From an uncultured Pseudomonadota bacterium (GTDB taxonomy: Bacteria; Myxococcota_A; Polyangia; Fen-1088), in contig CAWKBC010000032.1 in NCBI GenBank assembly GCA_963847705.1, forward strand, positions 96,001 through 160,000: DNA of 64,000 nucleotides, given 5' to 3'. Shown piece after piece: positions 59,874 through 64,000 of the stretch. How positions within the stretch are numbered: position 1 is the stretch's first letter; each line of letters begins with the position of its first letter. Both the position numbers and the translations under genes were made by a program. Under the pieces are notes generated by a model that saw only the letters and a program-made list of their open reading frames with translations, was not told the DNA's origin and ran no database searches.

Positions 59874-61427
59874 TCATTTCGCGTAGTCGGTGGCGCGGGT
59901 CTCGCGGATGACGGAGACGCGGACCTGGCCGGGGTAGGCCAGCTCGGCCTCGACCTTGCGCGCGATGTCCTTCGACAGGAGGCGCGCCTCTTGATCGGAG
60001 ACGCGCGAGTTCTCGACGATGACACGGACCTCGCGGCCGGCCTGGATGGCGAAGGCGCGCTCGACGCCGGGGAAGCTGCGGGCGACCTCCTCGAGATCGG
60101 TGAGGCGCTGGACGTACGACTCCAGCATCTCCCGGCGCGCGCCAGGGCGCTGGCCCGACAGAACGTTCGCGGCGTCGACCAGGTGATCGAGGACGTCCAC
60201 CGGCGGCACCTCGCCGTGGTGGGCGGCGATCGCCTGGACCACGCGCGGGGGCTCGCCGAACTTGCGCGCGGCGGCGGCGCCGACGGCGGCGTGCGACCCC
60301 TCGGCCTCCTGCTCGATCGCCTTGCCGATGTCGTGCAGCAGGCCAGCGCGCCGGGCGGTCTTCACCGGCAGGTCGAGCTCGGCCGCCATCGCGCCGGCCA
60401 GGAAGCCGACCTCGATCGAGTGCTGCAGCAGATTCTGCGCGTTGCTGGAGCGAAACTTCAGCTTGCCCACCAGTCGAATCAGCTCCGGATGCAGCCGCGG
60501 CAGCCCCAGATCGAAGGCCGCCTGCTCGCCCGCCTCCTTGCACTGCTGCTCGATCTCCGAGGTGGCCTTCTCCACCATCTCCTCGATCCGCGTGGGGTGG
60601 ATGCGCCCGTCGGCGATGAGCCGGGTCAGCGCCAGCCGCGCGATCTCGCGCCGCACCGGATTGAAGCAGGAGATCACCACCGCCTCGGGCGTGTCGTCGA
60701 TGATGAGATCGACGCCGGTCGCAGCCTCGAGCGCGCGCACGTTGCGCCCCTCCCGGCCGATGATCCGCCCCTTCATCTCGTCCGAGGGCAACGGCACGGT
60801 GGCCACCGTCCGCTCGGCGACGTACTCGCTGGCGTAGCGCTGGACCGCCGCCGAGATCACCATCCTCGACTTCTCTTGGGCCTCGGCGCGCGCCGACTCC
60901 TCGATCTTCCGCACCTCATCGGCCGCGGCGCGACGCGCCTCCTCGCGCACCTCGTCGTAAAGACGGGCCTTGGCCTCCGCCATCGACAGCCCGGCGATCT
61001 TCTCCAGCCGCGCGCGCCCCTCCACCGCCTGCGCCGCCGCCGCCCGCGCCGCCGCCTCGGCCGCCGCCTCGCGCCCCGCCAGTTGCTTCTCGCTGCGGGC
61101 CGTCTCCTCCAGCCGCTGCTTCAGCTGACGCTCCTGGCGCTCGACCTCGCGCTCACGTTCGCTGGTCTCGCGCGCCTGCTTCTCCAGCTCCGCCTGGCGC
61201 CCCTTCAGCTCGGCGTCGATCTCGGCGCGCGCCTTTTGGGCCAGCTCCTTGGCGTCCAGCGCCGCCTGCCGCTTCAGCGACTCGGCCTCGACCTCGGCCG
61301 CCGCGACCAGCCGCCGCTTCTCCTCTTCCGAGTGCGGCAGCCCGGTCGGACGCATCGTCCGCCCCACGAAGAACGCGACCACCAGGACGACGAGCAGCAG
61401 CGAGAGGGCGACCGGCAGCGCGATCAT
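59874..61427 (-). CDS. rny: Ribonuclease Y
   Basis: N-terminal TM, coiled coil, KGRIIGREGRN KH domain, LLHDIGK HD domain, AIQAGRE, YPGQV. Confidence 0.96.
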   Translation of the reverse strand: MIALPVALSLLLVVLVVAFFVGRTMRPTGLPHSEEEKRRLVAAAEVEAESLKRQAALDAKELAQKARAEIDAELKGRQAELEKQARETSEREREVERQERQLKQRLEETARSEKQLAGREAAAEAAARAAAAQAVEGRARLEKIAGLSMAEAKARLYDEVREEARRAAADEVRKIEESARAEAQEKSRMVISAAVQRYASEYVAERTVATVPLPSDEMKGRIIGREGRNVRALEAATGVDLIIDDTPEAVVISCFNPVRREIARLALTRLIADGRIHPTRIEEMVEKATSEIEQQCKEAGEQAAFDLGLPRLHPELIRLVGKLKFRSSNAQNLLQHSIEVGFLAGAMAAELDLPVKTARRAGLLHDIGKAIEQEAEGSHAAVGAAAARKFGEPPRVVQAIAAHHGEVPPVDVLDHLVDAANVLSGQRPGARREMLESYVQRLTDLEEVARSFPGVERAFAIQAGREVRVIVENSRVSDQEARLLSKDIARKVEAELAYPGQVRVSVIRETRATDYAK

Positions 61428-62083
61428 CGCGGTCCTTGGGCCCGCGCCGCGCCCGCGGGCCGCAGCACGCGCGCGTCGGTCACCACCAGATCGACCGGGA
61501 CGTCCCCCTCGGCGGCCGGACATCGGGCGACGATCTGGAAGTCGTAGCAGAGGCCGATCAGCGCCGGGCGCTTGCCCGGACCGGAGCGCGCCGGTCCCGA
61601 GGCGCCGAGTTTGCCGAAGGCGCCGTCGTAGTAACCGCCGCCGAACCCGAGCCGGCGCCCCTCCGCATCGAAGGCCAACCCCGGCACGATGACGACCTCC
61701 AGCTCGTCGGGGGCGATCTCGGGCGCCGCGGCGGCCGGCTCGCTGAGGCCGAAACGCCCGGCCGCGAGCGGTCCCGCGTCGGCGCGGTGAAAGCGGAGCC
61801 GGGGCGCCTCCGGGGCCACCCGCGGCAAGGCCACCGCCGCACCGGCGGCAGCGACCGCCGCCAGGGCCGGCGCCGGATCGATCTCCCCCTTGACCGCGAC
61901 GTAGCCGGCCACGGTCTTGAGGCCGGCGAGGGCCGCCAGCTCGGGCAGGGCCAGGAGCCGCGTGGAGGCGGCCTCGCTGCAGGTGCGGCGCTCGTTTTCG
62001 GACAGAGCCGCGCGCGCGGCGCTCATCTCGCGACGGAGTGCGCGCTTCTGCTCGGAGAGATCTGAACTCGTGAGGGGAGCCAT
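61424..62083 (-). CDS. ygfA: 5-formyltetrahydrofolate cyclo-ligase
   Basis: KRALRREM, GEID, VPGLAFD..GRRLGFGGGYYD, DVPVD.VVT. Confidence 0.93.
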   Translation of the reverse strand: MAPLTSSDLSEQKRALRREMSAARAALSENERRTCSEAASTRLLALPELAALAGLKTVAGYVAVKGEIDPAPALAAVAAAGAAVALPRVAPEAPRLRFHRADAGPLAAGRFGLSEPAAAAPEIAPDELEVVIVPGLAFDAEGRRLGFGGGYYDGAFGKLGASGPARSGPGKRPALIGLCYDFQIVARCPAAEGDVPVDLVVTDARVLRPAGAARAQGPR

Positions 62084-62086
62084 CGT

Positions 62087-62187
62087 CGAGTGATGGGTCC
62101 CGGTGCTCTATTTATTGACGCGTCTGCCTTCGGACGGTTGCCCATGGCAAACGGCAGACCGGAACAATCAATCGAGGGTCATACTCG
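62087..62187 (-). ncRNA. Candidate compact 6S RNA (ssrS position)
   Basis: Located between zapA and ygfA; nested complementary segments CGAGT/ACTCG, ATG/CAT, ATTGA/TCAAT, GTCTGCC/GGCAGAC, TTGCC/GGCAA give a rod with an internal A-rich bubble. Confidence 0.5.
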
Positions 62188-62463
62188 CGCTTCGTGCGTC
62201 AGGCAGTCAAGCAGCGACTGACTCTTTTCGCGAATCTTCTTCCGCAGTTCACTGGTGTCGCGCCGCTCACGGAACAGCTCCTCCGCGAGCTGCAGCGCAG
62301 TCAGCATGGCGACCGCCTGGGTGTCGGGGGTGCGGGTCTTTTTCTGAACGTCGCGGAAGCGCTCGTCGACGAGCGCCGCGACCGCCTTCACCCACCGATC
62401 GTCCTCGTCGGTCTTGAGCGCGTACCGGACACCCGCGATCTGGACCGTCACCGAATGCTTCAT
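62179..62463 (-). CDS. zapA: Cell division protein ZapA
   Basis: VTVQIAGVRYAL, VAALVDER, AMLTALQLAEELF. Confidence 0.88.
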   Translation of the reverse strand: MKHSVTVQIAGVRYALKTDEDDRWVKAVAALVDERFRDVQKKTRTPDTQAVAMLTALQLAEELFRERRDTSELRKKIREKSQSLLDCLTHEARV

Positions 62464-63245
62464 GGCTCGCGCAGCAGCATACCACCGCCGCTCGGCCCCG
62501 AGACACGCACGCCGTCCTGGTAGAACACGTCCGCGATGAGCTGGCCGCGCTCGTCCCAGAACCTCCAGCGCCCCTCGCGCCGGCCGGCGAGGTAGCTGCC
62601 GTCGGCGGCCTGCGTCCCGTTCGGGTGCCACTCGCGCGCGGCCCGCTCGCGCACGCCGTCCAGAAACTCGAGCTCGCGCGACGGACGCCCGTCTTCGAAC
62701 CAGAACCGCCAGACGCCGACGCGCAGCCCCGCGGCGTCGTAGCTGCCGGCCAGGCGCGGGCGCCCGTTGGGAAAGCGCGAGACGAACGTGGCGTCCGTCG
62801 TCCCGCGCGCCTGGCGCGTCTCGCGGCCGGGGATCGGATCGTGCGAAGACAGCTTGATGATGCCGGAGCGGGTCGGGCCGAGCGCCTCCAGCTCGCCCGG
62901 GCTCAGGTGGGCGACGGCCGGATCGGTCGTCACCTGGACGAGCGCTCCGTCGTCCCACCGCTCGGCGCGCCAGTTGCGTCCGTCGTTGAAGCGATAGCGC
63001 CAGACGCCGCTCAGCGCGCCGTCGACGTAGCCGCCGCTCGCCAGTTCAGCGCCGCTCTCGTAGAAGCGGGTCTCCGGCCCCTGGCGCGCGCCGTCGGGGC
63101 GCCGGCACCACTCCGCCTCGGCGCCGCCCGAATAAACCTGCCGCGCGAGCGCCGTCCCGGGCGGACAGGTGGTGCGCCCGGTGGCGCAGGCCCCGAGCGC
63201 GAGCGCGCACCAGGCGGCGATCAGTGCAAGCGGCGGGCTTCGCAT
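62460..63245 (-). CDS. Lipoprotein with MORN-variant (YwqK-like) repeats
   Basis: Lipobox LGAC; repeated G.W..(F/W)..(N/D)G units. Confidence 0.75.
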   Translation of the reverse strand: MRSPPLALIAAWCALALGACATGRTTCPPGTALARQVYSGGAEAEWCRRPDGARQGPETRFYESGAELASGGYVDGALSGVWRYRFNDGRNWRAERWDDGALVQVTTDPAVAHLSPGELEALGPTRSGIIKLSSHDPIPGRETRQARGTTDATFVSRFPNGRPRLAGSYDAAGLRVGVWRFWFEDGRPSRELEFLDGVRERAAREWHPNGTQAADGSYLAGRREGRWRFWDERGQLIADVFYQDGVRVSGPSGGGMLLREP

Positions 63246-63304
63246 CGCTCGTCATTGTAAGCCGAGCGACAGACGCCGCGCGCGATCGTGTGTATTGATC
63301 CTGA

Positions 63305-64000
63305 GTGAGCATCCGTCAGGAAAAAAACAAGAAGCCCGGCGTCTCCTACGCCCTCGGGCACCTCGGCCCAGCCGGCCAGATCGGTCCCAAAGACGAATTC
63401 GAGCTGCCGGTCGTCGACGTGACCCACCCCGCCTTTGCGCTGGCGCCGACCGACGCGGAGCTGGCCGCCGAGGTCGCGCGCTTCCTCAACGAGCCGCAGC
63501 CGATGGCCGGGCTGCCGAGATTCTTGCGGCGTCCGCTGCTGCGCTTCCTGATGCGCGGCTCGGTGCTGGCGCGGGGGATCCAGGGCGCGGAGGGGAGCTT
63601 CTTGAGCGGCATGAACACCTACCTCTTGAAGCTCGGCCCCGACAACCTCGGCGCCGCCTACGCGCGCCCCATCGATCGCCGCATCGCCGCCGCGCTGCCG
63701 GTGATGGCCGTCCGGCTGCGCCTGGCGGACATGGCGACGCTGCTCGCCGAATCGCTTGGTCCGACGCTGGAGGCGCGCCCGCGCCATCCCCTGCGGCTGG
63801 TGAACATCGCGGGCGGCCCGGCGATGGACAGCCTCAATGCGCTCATCGTCCTGCGGCGCGATCGCCCCGGCGTCCTGGACGGCCGCCGCATCCAGATCGA
63901 CGTGCTCGATCGTGACGGCGATGGCCCGGCCTTCGGCGCCCGGGCCCTGACCGCGCTGCGCGCCGAGGGTGGCCCGCTGCACGGGCTCGACGTTCAGCTC
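63305..64000 (+). CDS. Conserved hypothetical protein, possibly methyltransferase-like (3'-truncated by window edge)
   Basis: Open GC3-biased frame from GTG 63305 to the end of the window (absent from the ORF track): ELPVVDVTHPAF, GMNTYLLKLG, LVNIAGGPAMDSLNAL, VLDRD. Confidence 0.65.
   Translation, partial: MSIRQEKNKKPGVSYALGHLGPAGQIGPKDEFELPVVDVTHPAFALAPTDAELAAEVARFLNEPQPMAGLPRFLRRPLLRFLMRGSVLARGIQGAEGSFLSGMNTYLLKLGPDNLGAAYARPIDRRIAAALPVMAVRLRLADMATLLAESLGPTLEARPRHPLRLVNIAGGPAMDSLNALIVLRRDRPGVLDGRRIQIDVLDRDGDGPAFGARALTALRAEGGPLHGLDVQL

Noticed and set aside
62460-63245. YwqK-like protein as the antitoxin of a toxin-antitoxin or polymorphic toxin system
   Set aside because: No adjacent toxin gene; it is a stand-alone MORN-variant lipoprotein

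Overview
High-GC bacterial chromosome segment, very probably Myxococcota (Polyangia-like). Evidence for this: a MYXO-CTERM protein, MglC- and SgmX-like genes, a myxobacterial-type PilZ protein and Cys-rich surface proteins. Most of the window is housekeeping: holB-ricT-metG, icd-mdh-sucCD-ndk-rlmN, aroK-aroB-mglC-accB-accC-sgmX-hemF, trpS, dprA-topA-xerC-hslVU, ccsA-hemA-hemC, trxA, dusB, zapA-ygfA-rny. Main observations beyond the gene list: (1) a FliA/WhiG-family sigma factor next to an isolated SctI-like/SctJ type III secretion pair, with an identical sigma28-like bipartite motif (GCAACC-N14-GCCGATGA, 6-7 nt before ATG) ahead of the SctI-like gene and ahead of a retropepsin-like protease gene 6.7 kb away, suggesting a dispersed regulon; (2) a palindromic REP-like family at three loci, one array in frame with accC and containing its start codon; (3) a Cys-rich lipoprotein plus vWA/MYXO-CTERM surface protein pair between ndk and rlmN; (4) a SAM-dependent m5U methyltransferase at the position usually held by trmFO; (5) a decayed second copy of dusB and its neighbour in a low-GC relic region; (6) a RoxA-like cytochrome with four CXXCH motifs; (7) a compact 6S-RNA candidate; (8) frequent TAnnnT boxes 6-12 nt before start codons, suggesting leaderless or short-leader mRNAs. 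All calls come from reading the sequence by eye and from motif recognition; no database searches were run.
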